The position numbers and the translations under genes are program-made. Of a stretch of 64,000 nt of DNA, positions 9,460 through 19,480 are shown in pieces. Within the stretch, counting starts at the first letter, position 1, and every line of letters starts with the position of its first letter. The notes below the pieces were generated by a model. It saw only the letters and a program-made list of their open reading frames with translations, ran no database searches and had not been told where the DNA came from. The DNA is from an uncultured archaeon (GTDB taxonomy: Archaea > Asgardarchaeota > Hermodarchaeia > Hermodarchaeales > Hermodarchaeaceae), in NCBI GenBank assembly GCA_964347045.1, contig CAYFXC010000007.1, positions 23,853 to 87,852 of the forward strand. Reading direction: 5' to 3'.

Positions 9460-10215
9460 TTAGGATTGACCTATCCACCCTAAATTCTTCACAGTGGGCA
9501 ATAACCGTTCAGTAATAGGTAGCGCCACGAGAATACCAACCATCACTTGCATGAAGTTAAAAGGTAACTCTGCGATAGCGGCATATTGGAAAATGAAGAA
9601 TTCGTAGAGAAAGTAACCTGTTATGATAACGAAGCCGCCTAAAAGCATCGCTGTAATATTCCAAGCAGCTTTCGGATCATATCTAAGCGTTAGAAAAATG
9701 GTCATTGATCCAAGAAAGATTGCAAGAATAAACCACACCCATGATGGAAGAAAGAAAGGAATTTCCCACCACGGACTCCCCCAAAGAGCAAGTTCTCCAC
9801 CAAACCGTAGAACCCCAATAGCCCCCAAACAAATGGCCAATCCCAAACCCATTCCGATTCCAAGATATCTCAGCTGTTTAGGGGCAAATCGGTCTCTAAA
9901 AGCCCAAGTCAAATACCCAACAGCGAACCCCTCAAGGCCTTTAATTACTAAGGTTCCTGGAGCATATAGAAAATACCCAGTAGCAAGATCAGCTGTCATT
10001 GATCCGATACCTCCTGCAATAGCTCCAATGATTGGACCAAACAAAATGGCTGTGATAAAAACTCCAACTTCACCTAGGTTAAAGTATCCTTGAGTTGCGG
10101 GTACAGCAATCTGAAATGAGATGGTTAACACCGCAACCAACGCTGTCATTAAGGCAGTGATTGAAAGTAGGAGCGTTTTGGGCATTTGGGGAAGTAAAAT
10201 TGAGGCGCTTTTCAT
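9460..10215 (-). CDS. ECF transporter S component (probably pantothenate-related by context)
   Basis: GYFNLGE, GGIGSMTADL..GY..YAPGTLVIKG; multi-TM; co-oriented behind a pantoate kinase gene. Confidence 0.8.
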   Translation of the reverse strand: MKSASILLPQMPKTLLLSITALMTALVAVLTISFQIAVPATQGYFNLGEVGVFITAILFGPIIGAIAGGIGSMTADLATGYFLYAPGTLVIKGLEGFAVGYLTWAFRDRFAPKQLRYLGIGMGLGLAICLGAIGVLRFGGELALWGSPWWEIPFFLPSWVWFILAIFLGSMTIFLTLRYDPKAAWNITAMLLGGFVIITGYFLYEFFIFQYAAIAELPFNFMQVMVGILVALPITERLLPTVKNLGWIGQS

Positions 10216-10251
10216 TATTATCACTTCTGACAGCTACAAGACCGTTCTCAT

Positions 10252-11178
10252 TTATGTATATCTTGGTCCGGCAAAAGATAGCCCGGAAACAAGTACCGAG
10301 TTTGGAGAAAAAAGATTATCAACTGATCGAACAACTGAATCAACAGCATCAATGTGTACCAGAGCATGAAAGGCATCACCAATCATGTTCTGTGTTGCAC
10401 CGAGTGCCCCCGCATCCATGACTTTCTCTAAAACATCCGCAACTCGCTGAGAGAGAAAGCCCACTTTTTTTGCGAACCGGTTACAAAGGCTCATAAATTT
10501 CACAGGGGTCGGGTTGACTAAAATCTGTTTTAGCACAGTTTGGCCATGACGATTAACGCTTCGTAAAGCCTCTTTTGAAAAAATAATATCTTTCTTTGAA
10601 ATCGGAGCAAAACTAGCTGTCACTATTCGATATGATGGATCAAAGGGTAACCAATCCACACGGTCATAACCTGGTGCCCCTGGTTCCAAAATTAAAATCA
10701 TGCCACCACGGATAACGCCACTAACACTCCCCAACCCTGTGGCACAACGTAATTCCGCGAAATGCGCAAATTGTCCAATACGATTTAGCGAAAGATTCAT
10801 TCCTATAGCCCGACTTACAGCCATCGCTGTGCTCACAGCACCAGCTGCGCTCGCTCCATAACCAGCACCAATTGGTACTTCCACCCTATGATCTACGCGG
10901 ATTCGATAGTTATTTTTTACTCTGCTAAGAAGCAACTTGCACACTTCACGAGTTACCATGGCTTCCGGGGCTTTTTCTCCATTAATGGATACTATCAACT
11001 GATTCGTTTCAGCAGATTCAACTTCGACTTGTGTGTACACACCTTTCTCCAAAATAAACCCTCCACCTCTCGCCCCAACTTTACATGCGTTCACCATTGT
11101 TTGTGGAGAAAAATTTGGAACATCCGCCTGAAAGAAGCTAGATATTCCTGCTGGACAGAATGCCGATGTAGATATCAT
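10252..11178 (-). CDS. Pantoate kinase-like GHMP kinase (paralogue 1)
   Basis: AFCPAGISSFF, GARGGG, VPIGAGYGASAAG, AHFAE..TGLG. Confidence 0.8.
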   Translation of the reverse strand: MISTSAFCPAGISSFFQADVPNFSPQTMVNACKVGARGGGFILEKGVYTQVEVESAETNQLIVSINGEKAPEAMVTREVCKLLLSRVKNNYRIRVDHRVEVPIGAGYGASAAGAVSTAMAVSRAIGMNLSLNRIGQFAHFAELRCATGLGSVSGVIRGGMILILEPGAPGYDRVDWLPFDPSYRIVTASFAPISKKDIIFSKEALRSVNRHGQTVLKQILVNPTPVKFMSLCNRFAKKVGFLSQRVADVLEKVMDAGALGATQNMIGDAFHALVHIDAVDSVVRSVDNLFSPNSVLVSGLSFAGPRYT

Positions 11179-11252
11179 ATAAGGTGAGCAACCGTTGCTA
11201 CTCTTCTTTAAACTAGTGGCATAAAAAGATTATTTGGTTGAAAAATTGTATA

Positions 11253-11273
11253 AAATTTAAATAATTTAAATTT
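11253..11273. promoter_or_regulatory. Perfect AT-only palindrome in the divergent promoter of the CoA cluster (candidate operator or bidirectional TATA)
   Basis: AAATTTAAAT-A-ATTTAAATTT. Confidence 0.3.
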
Positions 11274-11357
11274 GCGTTGCAGAATATTTATTTTCTCATT
11301 CAACACCACGCGGTTATGTCAGGCTCTGTAACAGAAGAAGATGGGCAGGCTTACATC

Positions 11358-12281
11358 ATGAAAAAGATTCGAACATTTTCCCCCGGCCACATCACGGGTT
11401 TCTTTCAGATATGTGATGAAGCTGAAAAGCCCCTAGAAAAGGGATCGCGCGGAGCAGGAGTCTCAGTTAACAAAGGCGTCACAACTACTGTTAAAGTAAA
11501 AGCTGCTAGAAAACCATCAATTCATATAGAAATCAACGGAACCCCATCTGCTCAATCCTCAGTCTCTGAGGGAGTCATTACCCGTTTCTTTGAGTATAGA
11601 CCTGAACAGCATTATGATGTTCGTGTAAGTCATGAAGTCGAGCTTCCTATTGGTTCTGGATTTGGAACCAGTGGAGCAGGAGCCCTAAGTTTGGCACTTG
11701 CATTGAATGAAATCTTAGAATTTGGGCTAACAGAGCTTGAGGCAGCACAAATCGCACATACCGTAGAGATTGAACAGCGTACAGGTTTAGGTACAGTGAT
11801 AGCCGAATTGGCAGGAGGAATTGAAATTCGAAGTGTGGCGGGAGGACCAGGAGTGGGACAAATTGAGATGCTTCCATCGAATAATGAGTACATGGTTGTG
11901 TGTTTGCCATTCGGTCCCATTTCTACACCCAAACATCTGATTGATCCAAGTTCCCGTAAGCGCATCAATGAACGCGGTGGCCTATTAACCGATGCCCTTC
12001 GCGAGAATCCAACTGTAGCAAATTTCATGGATTTTTCACGAAGTTTCGCCGAACATATCGAAATCATTACTACACGCGTTGAAATGGTTCTGCAAGAAAC
12101 TGATGAGGCAGGATTCACTTGTAGTTCGGCAATATTTGGTGAAAATGTTTTTTCACTTGTTCTACCGGAGCAGGTTCAAGAATTGACTGCGATATTTAAA
12201 CGGCACAAGATTCCTGAACAAGGAGTTTTAGTAATGGAAATCGATTATGAAGGAGCTAGAGTCTTAGATGCAAAAAGATGA
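11358..12281 (+). CDS. pok: Pantoate kinase (paralogue 2)
   Basis: FSPGHITGFF, GSRGAG, LPIGSGFGTSGAG, AHTVE..TGLG; first gene of pps-panE-panB-coaBC operon; ATG at 11358. Confidence 0.88.
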   Translation: MKKIRTFSPGHITGFFQICDEAEKPLEKGSRGAGVSVNKGVTTTVKVKAARKPSIHIEINGTPSAQSSVSEGVITRFFEYRPEQHYDVRVSHEVELPIGSGFGTSGAGALSLALALNEILEFGLTELEAAQIAHTVEIEQRTGLGTVIAELAGGIEIRSVAGGPGVGQIEMLPSNNEYMVVCLPFGPISTPKHLIDPSSRKRINERGGLLTDALRENPTVANFMDFSRSFAEHIEIITTRVEMVLQETDEAGFTCSSAIFGENVFSLVLPEQVQELTAIFKRHKIPEQGVLVMEIDYEGARVLDAKR

Positions 12282-13056
12282 AGTTTCACCGCGACATCCT
12301 CGAGCAACGTCTTTGCGTATTCGAGCAAAGCTTGTACACGGGTTTAAAATCGGAGTCACATCCCCCTTTGGTCTCTTTGCTCATGGAAGAGGAGAAGCCT
12401 TCGATTACCTTATTGGTGAAATCACAACGGATAACGCAAAACGAGCCATTAAGGCGGCGGTGGCTCGCCTTTTACTTGGAGAAAACTCAGTTTTATCAGT
12501 AAATGGGAATGTTGCGGCATTAGTTCCGGAGGGACTGGTAAAACTTGCAAAAGTTTCTGGAGCAAAATTAGAAATTAATTTGTATCATCGATCAAAGGAG
12601 AGAGAAGAGGCTATTGCACGAGTTCTCAGAGACGCGGGTGCAAAGGAAATCTATGGTCTAGATTCAGCCTTCCAAGAAACTATACCAGAAATTCATAGTG
12701 AACGTCGAGTAGTTGATCACCGTGGATTATTCATCGCAGATGTGACCTTCGTACCCTTGGAGGACGGGGACAGAACTGAAGGACTTGTACGATTAGGAAA
12801 ACAAGTCATTACTGTGGATTTGAACCCACTTTCTCGAACCGCACAAATGGCGAGCATTACGATTGTAGATAATGTAGTTCGTGCGGTGCCACTATTGATC
12901 AGTTCGGCTAGAAAACTTCGGAAAGAGCCTAAAAAAGCCCTTCAAAAAATCCTCGATAATTTTGATAATAAACAAAATCTCGCTGAAGCGATTCAGCTCA
13001 TAAATGAACGGTTGCACATGCTAGCAAAAACAGGACCTTCTGATATTGGGAGATGA
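12268..13056 (+). CDS. pps: Phosphopantothenate synthetase (4-phosphopantoate-beta-alanine ligase)
   Basis: HPRATSLRIR, AHGRGEAFDYLIGE, SVNGN, VPLEDGDRTE, DLNPLSRT. Confidence 0.95.
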   Translation: MQKDEVSPRHPRATSLRIRAKLVHGFKIGVTSPFGLFAHGRGEAFDYLIGEITTDNAKRAIKAAVARLLLGENSVLSVNGNVAALVPEGLVKLAKVSGAKLEINLYHRSKEREEAIARVLRDAGAKEIYGLDSAFQETIPEIHSERRVVDHRGLFIADVTFVPLEDGDRTEGLVRLGKQVITVDLNPLSRTAQMASITIVDNVVRAVPLLISSARKLRKEPKKALQKILDNFDNKQNLAEAIQLINERLHMLAKTGPSDIGR

Positions 13057-13060
13057 AAGA

Positions 13061-13951
13061 ATGGCTTTTAATCATGTAATTGTGCTTGGAGCGGGTTCAG
13101 TTGGGTCCACCTATGGTGCACTTCTTTCACAGAGGCACGACGTCACATTAATTGGAAGACCCGCACACATGAACGCTATCCGTCAAAAGGGCCTTACAAT
13201 TGTTGGGGACAGAGAAGGAACATATAAAGTTACAACTGCAACTGAAATCAAAGAGATTTTTCCTAAAACGCTTCTCATAATCACTGTGAAAGCCCATCAG
13301 TTACATGAGACACTTGTATCAGTTCGAGAGCTAATTCGAAAGGATACAACAGTTTTGCTTTTACAAAATGGATTGGGAATTAAAAAAGTGGCTCGTGACG
13401 TACTAAAAGCAAGGGAGAAAGTTATACAAGGATTTGTTGAGTTTGGAGCCGAAATCCTTGAACCTGGGCGAATCCTTGTTAGTTTAGGCTTTACAATCTT
13501 GGATTCAGATAAATTGTCAAAAGAGATAGCACAGTTCTTTAAGATGTCAGGAATCAATGTTGTAAATTCTGAAGACTTTCAAACGGATATGTGGAGAAAA
13601 GTAGTAATCAATTGCGTGGCTAATCCGTTAAGCGCAATTTTACAGGCTCCAACAAAGGAATTGGTATCACCCCTTCTAGCTAGTATTCGACGAAGCATTG
13701 TCGAAGAATGTATTGAAGTAGCCCGAGCTGAGGGAATTCAACTAGATTTGAGTATTCTTGAGCGAATTGATGCTGCTTTTCCAAATTTTGAAAACCGAAC
13801 TTCAATGTTTCAAGATATTCTACGTAGACGTAAAACGGAAATTCATTTTCTAAATGGAAAGATTGTAGAACTAGGAAAAATCCACAATATTCCCACACCA
13901 GTCAATGAAACACTTACTCGAATAATTCTATTTTTGGAGGAAAAAATGTAA
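13061..13951 (+). CDS. panE: 2-dehydropantoate (ketopantoate) reductase
   Basis: LGAGSVG, LQNGLG, WRKVVINC..NPL, TSMFQD....KTE. Confidence 0.92.
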   Translation: MAFNHVIVLGAGSVGSTYGALLSQRHDVTLIGRPAHMNAIRQKGLTIVGDREGTYKVTTATEIKEIFPKTLLIITVKAHQLHETLVSVRELIRKDTTVLLLQNGLGIKKVARDVLKAREKVIQGFVEFGAEILEPGRILVSLGFTILDSDKLSKEIAQFFKMSGINVVNSEDFQTDMWRKVVINCVANPLSAILQAPTKELVSPLLASIRRSIVEECIEVARAEGIQLDLSILERIDAAFPNFENRTSMFQDILRRRKTEIHFLNGKIVELGKIHNIPTPVNETLTRIILFLEEKM

Positions 13952-14721
13952 TGAATACAGATGAGATACGCACAATGAAGAAAAAACAAAAAATCGTTAT
14001 GCTCACGGCCTATGATTACCAGATGGCTAGAATTCTTGAAACCGTAAAAATTGACATGATTTTAGTAGGCGATAGTCTTGGTATGGTCTTCCAAGGCAAC
14101 CCCGACACTAAACAAGTTACCATGGAAGCAATGCTCTATCATACGCGAGCAGTCGCCAAAGGCGTAAAAAATACTCTAGTTGTCGCGGATATGCCGATTC
14201 ATAGTTACGATACAGCAGAAGAAGCGCTAATTAATGCAAAGCTATTATGCGAGGTGGGAGCACAGGCAGTAAAAATTGAAGGAACCCAACCTGAAGTTGT
14301 TAAGACACTACTAAACGAGGGAATTCCTGTTATGGGCCATGTAGGACTTTTACCCCAGTCCGCGGAAAAATATCGTGTTCAAGGAAAAACCCCAGAACAA
14401 GCAGATCAGATTTGGCGTGACGCATTAGAACTAGATAAGTTAGGTGTCTTTTCCATAGTATTAGAATGCATACCTGAATGGTTGGCAAGAAAAATTACTA
14501 ATGATGTCAAAACACCAACCATTGGAATTGGAGCAGGCAAGTATTGCGATGGGCAAGTTCTGGTAATCACTGAACTTCTTGGAATGGCTCGCAATGAACA
14601 TATTCCAAAATTTGTTAAGCATTATACTGACCTAAACAAGATTATCGGTCAAGCCGTTTCAGAATTCATAGAAGAGGTTCGCAGTGGTAAATACCCAGAT
14701 AAACAACATACGTATCATTAG
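13951..14721 (+). CDS. panB: 3-methyl-2-oxobutanoate hydroxymethyltransferase
   Basis: MLTAYD, ILVGDSLG, VKIEG, GHVGLLPQ, IGIGAG..CDGQVLV. Confidence 0.97.
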   Translation: MNTDEIRTMKKKQKIVMLTAYDYQMARILETVKIDMILVGDSLGMVFQGNPDTKQVTMEAMLYHTRAVAKGVKNTLVVADMPIHSYDTAEEALINAKLLCEVGAQAVKIEGTQPEVVKTLLNEGIPVMGHVGLLPQSAEKYRVQGKTPEQADQIWRDALELDKLGVFSIVLECIPEWLARKITNDVKTPTIGIGAGKYCDGQVLVITELLGMARNEHIPKFVKHYTDLNKIIGQAVSEFIEEVRSGKYPDKQHTYH

Positions 14722-14764
14722 AATTTGATAATTAGAAGAAAAAAAGAATAGGAACACGATTTGG

Positions 14765-16030
14765 ATGTCAATGGATACTCACCCCTCAAAGGACATAATC
14801 GAAACCTTAAGCACAAAACTCCGAGGCAAATCTATTGTACTCTGCGTCACTGGAAGCATTGCGGCGGTACAGAGTTCCGAAATTGCTCGATTATTAATGC
14901 GTCATGGCGCAGAAGTGGTGACTGTGTTTTCTGATGCGGCTCAAGAAATCATTCACCCACATTTGATGGAATGGGCAACTGGCAATCCAGTAATTACCAA
15001 ACTTACTGGAAAAATTGAACATGTAGCACTTGCAGGAGATCATGAAGAAAAAGCAGATTTGGTTTTAATAGCTCCTTCAACAGCCAATACTATATCGAAA
15101 ATTGCGATGGGCATTGATGATACTCCAGTTACTTCAACGGTTACAACTGCCTTTGGATCAGGAATACCGATTATTATCGTTCCAGCCATGCATGCATCCA
15201 TGTATAGACATCCAATTCTCCACGAAAATATAAAGAAACTCGAGGAGCACGGAGTTGAGTTCATAGGACCCCGAATGGAGGAAGGAAAAGCAAAAATTGC
15301 CACTCCCAAAGAGATTGTGGACAGGGTTCTTTCACGATTTGGAGCACAACATGACTTAGCAGGAAAACACTTTCTCATCACCGCAGGACCCACCCTTGAA
15401 TATATTGACCCTGTTCGTATTGTAACAAGCAAAAGCTCAGGTAGAATGGGAGTTGAAATTGCTGCAGCGGCGTTTCAAAGAGGTGCGAAAGTAACATTAG
15501 TTTATGGCCATGGAACTGTGCCTTCTCCTGAGAATATGAAGGTCATAAATGTTGAGACAACTCAAGAGATGTACGATGCAGTGGCCAACGAGTTATCTAT
15601 GCAAGATTATGATGTTGTAATCGCTGCGGCTGCAGTCGCAGACTGGACGCCAAAAGTTCGTCGAAAAGATAAAGTGCCAACTTCAAAAACAAGAACACTT
15701 TCGGTTACGTTTAAACCGACCTTGAAAATTGTTGATGCCGTCAAAAAAATGCAAAATTCCGTATATCTCGTTCTTTTCAAAGCGGAACATGATGTCTCAA
15801 ATGATGAATTAATTGCAAGAGCCCATACACGTTTGATTAAAGCTAACGCTGATTTGATCGTGGCAAACGATATTGGCCGAGCGGGAGTAGGTTTTGGAAC
15901 AGCTACAAATGAATTGTTTGTAATTAATGAAAAGAAGAAGGTTATTCACATTCCAAAGGCTTCGAAAACGAAGGTGGCACACAAACTCTTAGATATTATT
16001 AAGAAACAGATTTTAAAGAAGAGAAACTAA
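14765..16030 (+). CDS. coaBC: Bifunctional phosphopantothenoylcysteine decarboxylase/synthetase
   Basis: VTGSIAA, APSTANTISK, PAMH..MY, TAGPTLEYIDPVR, SSGRMG, AAVAD. Confidence 0.97.
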   Translation: MSMDTHPSKDIIETLSTKLRGKSIVLCVTGSIAAVQSSEIARLLMRHGAEVVTVFSDAAQEIIHPHLMEWATGNPVITKLTGKIEHVALAGDHEEKADLVLIAPSTANTISKIAMGIDDTPVTSTVTTAFGSGIPIIIVPAMHASMYRHPILHENIKKLEEHGVEFIGPRMEEGKAKIATPKEIVDRVLSRFGAQHDLAGKHFLITAGPTLEYIDPVRIVTSKSSGRMGVEIAAAAFQRGAKVTLVYGHGTVPSPENMKVINVETTQEMYDAVANELSMQDYDVVIAAAAVADWTPKVRRKDKVPTSKTRTLSVTFKPTLKIVDAVKKMQNSVYLVLFKAEHDVSNDELIARAHTRLIKANADLIVANDIGRAGVGFGTATNELFVINEKKKVIHIPKASKTKVAHKLLDIIKKQILKKRN

Positions 16031-16036
16031 ACCATA

Positions 16037-17053
16037 TCAGAGTCTTTTTAAAAGTGCTGCCCAGAGTGCATCTTCGGGGGGTTGGACTAGCGTCTTGATT
16101 GACCCGTCAAGTTCGACTATTTTTCTTTGAGTAGGATTCTTTACAACATGTCCGATAATAGATGCAGATATTCCATCATCTTGGAGGATTTTAACGAGAT
16201 TTGAAGCCTGTTTTGCTTCCACCGCTATCAACATGGCTCCGCTAGCAATAAGTTCGAGAGGATTAATATTAAAAAAGTTACAAATTTGATTTGTTTCTTC
16301 AGAAATAATCAGCTTACTGCGATTAACAATAAACCCCACCTTTGACGCATCAGCCAACTCATGTAAGCCGTTAGCCACACCTCCTTCTGTTGGATCATGC
16401 ATTGCAGTAACAGCGCCTGTAGATATCGCTTTGAGCGCTTCAGGAACAACACTGATTTTGTGAATAAACTTTTGCGCACGATTTATCAATGAATCATTGA
16501 AGTTTTTCCGCAAGATCTTTTCTCGTTCGGTGGCTAGAATTGCTGTTCCTTCAATTGCAACGCCTTTGGTTAGAATAATCGAATTATCAGGCTTTGCTTG
16601 AGTAGAAGTTACAAACTGATTCTGTTCTGCTACACCTAACATGAATCCAATGATAATCGGTCGCTGCAGGCTAGGGGTTACCTCACTATGACCACCTATG
16701 ATGCTGACTTTCAAATCTTTAGCCGCAGAATCCATTGACGCCATAATTTCTTTCAGCATTTGAGATTCAGCATTTTCTGGTAACAAAATTGTTGCAAGAA
16801 ACCATCGAGGTCGAATTCCAAATGTAGCAACATCATTTGCGCATATATGGACAACATAGGCTCCAATATTATGAATAGCACCCGTGATAGGATCTGTGGT
16901 TGCAACAACTACTTTTCGCCCTATACGAACTAATGCAGCATCACGACCGATTCCAGGACCATAAATTAAATCTGAATCAGGAGCCCCTAGAAAAGGAAAT
17001 ACGCTTTTTTTTAAAATCTTTGGAGGAACTTTTCCTATGGGTAGGTTTGGCAA
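16037..17053 (-). CDS. AIR synthase-related protein (HypE/ThiL/PurM superfamily)
   Basis: GPGIGRDAA, TDPIT, ANDVAT, GGHSE, MHDPTEGG. Confidence 0.85.
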   Translation of the reverse strand: MPNLPIGKVPPKILKKSVFPFLGAPDSDLIYGPGIGRDAALVRIGRKVVVATTDPITGAIHNIGAYVVHICANDVATFGIRPRWFLATILLPENAESQMLKEIMASMDSAAKDLKVSIIGGHSEVTPSLQRPIIIGFMLGVAEQNQFVTSTQAKPDNSIILTKGVAIEGTAILATEREKILRKNFNDSLINRAQKFIHKISVVPEALKAISTGAVTAMHDPTEGGVANGLHELADASKVGFIVNRSKLIISEETNQICNFFNINPLELIASGAMLIAVEAKQASNLVKILQDDGISASIIGHVVKNPTQRKIVELDGSIKTLVQPPEDALWAALLKRL

Positions 17054-17235
17054 TTAATTGACACCTCTCAGGCATTCTGCAGGAAAAATAGTTTAAATGT
17101 GTGTTTATCAACAAAGTTAGTTGATTGGGAGATTAGATACGGACAATGTTTTAAGGTCTCGAACTCGGAGAAGGTATTAGGGCATGCAATATTGAGGGAA
17201 TCTCTCTTCACAAACAAATTTGTGGTTGGCTAGTT

Positions 17236-17910
17236 ATGAGTCAAAGACGCGAAAATTGGGTTTATGTCTGTCTTTGTGTCGTGATTGTATTAGGTTCTAT
17301 TTTTTGGTTTGTAAGGCCTGTTCCCACTATTTTTGTTGTTATAATCGCCATACTAGCAATTGGCATTATCTATGTCTACCGTGCTCAGAGTGATGAATCT
17401 TCGACAATGTCACCGAGTAGCTCAGATTCTCCCGAGGAAAAAGAAACATTAGCTTCAATTATTGAAACGTTCCAAGAACAGGATTCGGTTTTAGAACCGA
17501 CTCTTGAGTTAGATGAAAAAACTCCTGATTCACTTGTTACTCCCTCTGCTCTTCAATCCATGCCAGAAAAAGAATCGAAGGAATCAATTAGAGCGCTTCA
17601 AGAACGTATTACAGAATTAGAAAAGCGAGTGATATCATTAAAACAGCAACTCGTAGGTGATCCAATTCCTAGTAGCGAAGATATAGTTTCAGCTTCCGAT
17701 AAACAAGAATACAGAGAGGAGGAACTTTCAGAAAAGGCAACCCAGCAACTATTGGACACTCTTGATGAGAAGCTTGCGAAAGGCGCAATCTCCAAGCAGT
17801 TATACACCCAGTTACGCGACAAGTATATAGCGAGGATGGAGAAAGCAAAAAAGAGACACAAAGCATCTGCTATTCCGGGGAAAAAAGACTCAATTACAGG
17901 TGACACGTGA
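17236..17910 (+). CDS. Membrane-anchored (2 TM) coiled-coil protein with C-terminal SHOCT-like helical hairpin
   Basis: Two N-terminal hydrophobic helices, IRALQERITELEKRVISLKQQL heptads, LDEKLAKGAISKQLYTQLRDKY. Confidence 0.75.
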   Translation: MSQRRENWVYVCLCVVIVLGSIFWFVRPVPTIFVVIIAILAIGIIYVYRAQSDESSTMSPSSSDSPEEKETLASIIETFQEQDSVLEPTLELDEKTPDSLVTPSALQSMPEKESKESIRALQERITELEKRVISLKQQLVGDPIPSSEDIVSASDKQEYREEELSEKATQQLLDTLDEKLAKGAISKQLYTQLRDKYIARMEKAKKRHKASAIPGKKDSITGDT

Positions 17911-17913
17911 AGC

Positions 17914-18711
17914 ATGCCGAGTAAGCGAACGTCTGCCATCATTGGAATATGGGTATTAGTAGCGGTCACCCTAATCGTTGATGCTTTTTTCTTTTCAGGA
18001 GTCTTGCTTGATAGTCTTTTTCCTGGTTTAGGCGGTATAGTAAACGTCCTAATCTTTGCCTTGATTCCATTCATTGCGGCAAGTTTTTTACTGGACCGTC
18101 GCACGACGCCATCACCGGCTGCAGGACAATCTCGTTCACCACCTCAAGGCGCACGTTCCGCATCAGGGGAACCGTTCAGCAGTGCTAGACCTAAACCGCG
18201 GATCAAACGGGATAAACGAGCGGCTCAACTTGAAACCATTGTCGTTGAACCAAGAGCAGTGGGAAACAACAGTATTCAAGCAAATTCTCAAGATACCACT
18301 TCACCGATCTCTCAACAGACTTCACCAAGTTCTAGATTCCTGCGATCTCGCCGACCGCATTCTGAAGAAGCTGTTGAAGTTGACCAACAGGTTCAGGAAC
18401 AGCTTGATGCAATTGAGCTTGAGATGGCTAAGCTGGAAGAACAACTTGAACAAAATGGAGTTTCACCCGCCCCATCAAATTCTGATTCGGTATCAAATTT
18501 GGAAGTGAATGAGCCTGTCTCAAACACTGTAACTCCTACAACAAAGTCTAGTGGTAATTCACTTTCGGGTGAAGAAGCAACTTCAGAACTTCAAGCTATA
18601 GATGAACTCCTAAAACGGTTGGAACAACGGAAACGCGCAGGAGGCGTAGAAGAAGAAACTTACCAACGCCTTCGTGAGAAGTACCTAAAACGACGTTCAG
18701 AACTGACCTAG
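17914..18711 (+). CDS. Membrane-anchored (2 TM) coiled-coil protein with C-terminal SHOCT-like hairpin; architectural paralogue of the upstream gene
   Basis: Two TM helices, VQEQLDAIELEMAKLEEQL heptads, LEQRKRAGGVEEETYQRLREKY; GGTGA SD. Confidence 0.75.
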   Translation: MPSKRTSAIIGIWVLVAVTLIVDAFFFSGVLLDSLFPGLGGIVNVLIFALIPFIAASFLLDRRTTPSPAAGQSRSPPQGARSASGEPFSSARPKPRIKRDKRAAQLETIVVEPRAVGNNSIQANSQDTTSPISQQTSPSSRFLRSRRPHSEEAVEVDQQVQEQLDAIELEMAKLEEQLEQNGVSPAPSNSDSVSNLEVNEPVSNTVTPTTKSSGNSLSGEEATSELQAIDELLKRLEQRKRAGGVEEETYQRLREKYLKRRSELT

Positions 18712-18737
18712 CTTTCATATATTGTTGTTATTAATCG

Positions 18738-19409
18738 CTAGGCACGGTATTTGATTACCATTGAAATGATAATATCCGCAGCGTCTTTCGCCTTATCAGT
18801 GGTCTGCCCAAGTAGTTGAATAATATCATGGAGTAGTACGAGAGTTGAACATTCCATCTCATGCTCAACAAGAAGTTTTAGGGTTTCAAATTCAACATCG
18901 CGATTCTTTTCTCGAATCGGATAGACTGAATGCGCTTTCCCTAGGGCGGCATCGAAGTCTTTACTTAATGCCACGATACTTTCCACAACTGCTTCTGTAG
19001 CTTGCACACAAAGTTTAGCCATATCACTGAGTGATTCTTTTACATCAAGATCAATTGGTTCCCCAATAATTCGCATTTTTCTTACAATTAATTCAGACCG
19101 GTCAGCAAGCCCATCAACGGAGGAAATCAAGTCAAACTGACCACTACTTGTGACAGGAAGTAAGGAACTTTTGAAGAACTCTTCGTTAATTCGTTCTTCG
19201 ACCTCATCTGCTTGTAGCTCGAGTTTTAGAACTTTCTCTCCAAGCTCTTGTTCAGATTCTACCAGTCGTTTTTCAGGGCGCTTTTCCAGTATTATACTGA
19301 TGTATTCATAAAGAGCTTGGACAGTTTTCAGTACAAGTTCAGCATGTTCCACAATGAGGTTCCGAATGGTATCTTCTTGCTTTCTTCGCCACACTATTCG
19401 AGTCACCAT
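18738..19409 (-). CDS. DUF47 / PhoU-like phosphate transport regulator
   Basis: LELQADEV, VDGLADRSE, TDKAKDAAD; helical repeat pattern. Confidence 0.8.
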   Translation of the reverse strand: MVTRIVWRRKQEDTIRNLIVEHAELVLKTVQALYEYISIILEKRPEKRLVESEQELGEKVLKLELQADEVEERINEEFFKSSLLPVTSSGQFDLISSVDGLADRSELIVRKMRIIGEPIDLDVKESLSDMAKLCVQATEAVVESIVALSKDFDAALGKAHSVYPIREKNRDVEFETLKLLVEHEMECSTLVLLHDIIQLLGQTTDKAKDAADIIISMVIKYRA

Positions 19410-19480
19410 GAAGTATTTATTGTTACAAACAGATAGGGCTACTGGATTTTAAAGATTTGACTTGTGGCGAATTTTCAGAA

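Noticed and set aside
8217-17053. Hydrogenase maturation cluster (hypB plus HypE-like gene)
   Set aside because: The genes are 7 kb apart with no other hyp or hydrogenase genes; the AIR-synthase protein lacks the HypE C-terminal PRIC motif
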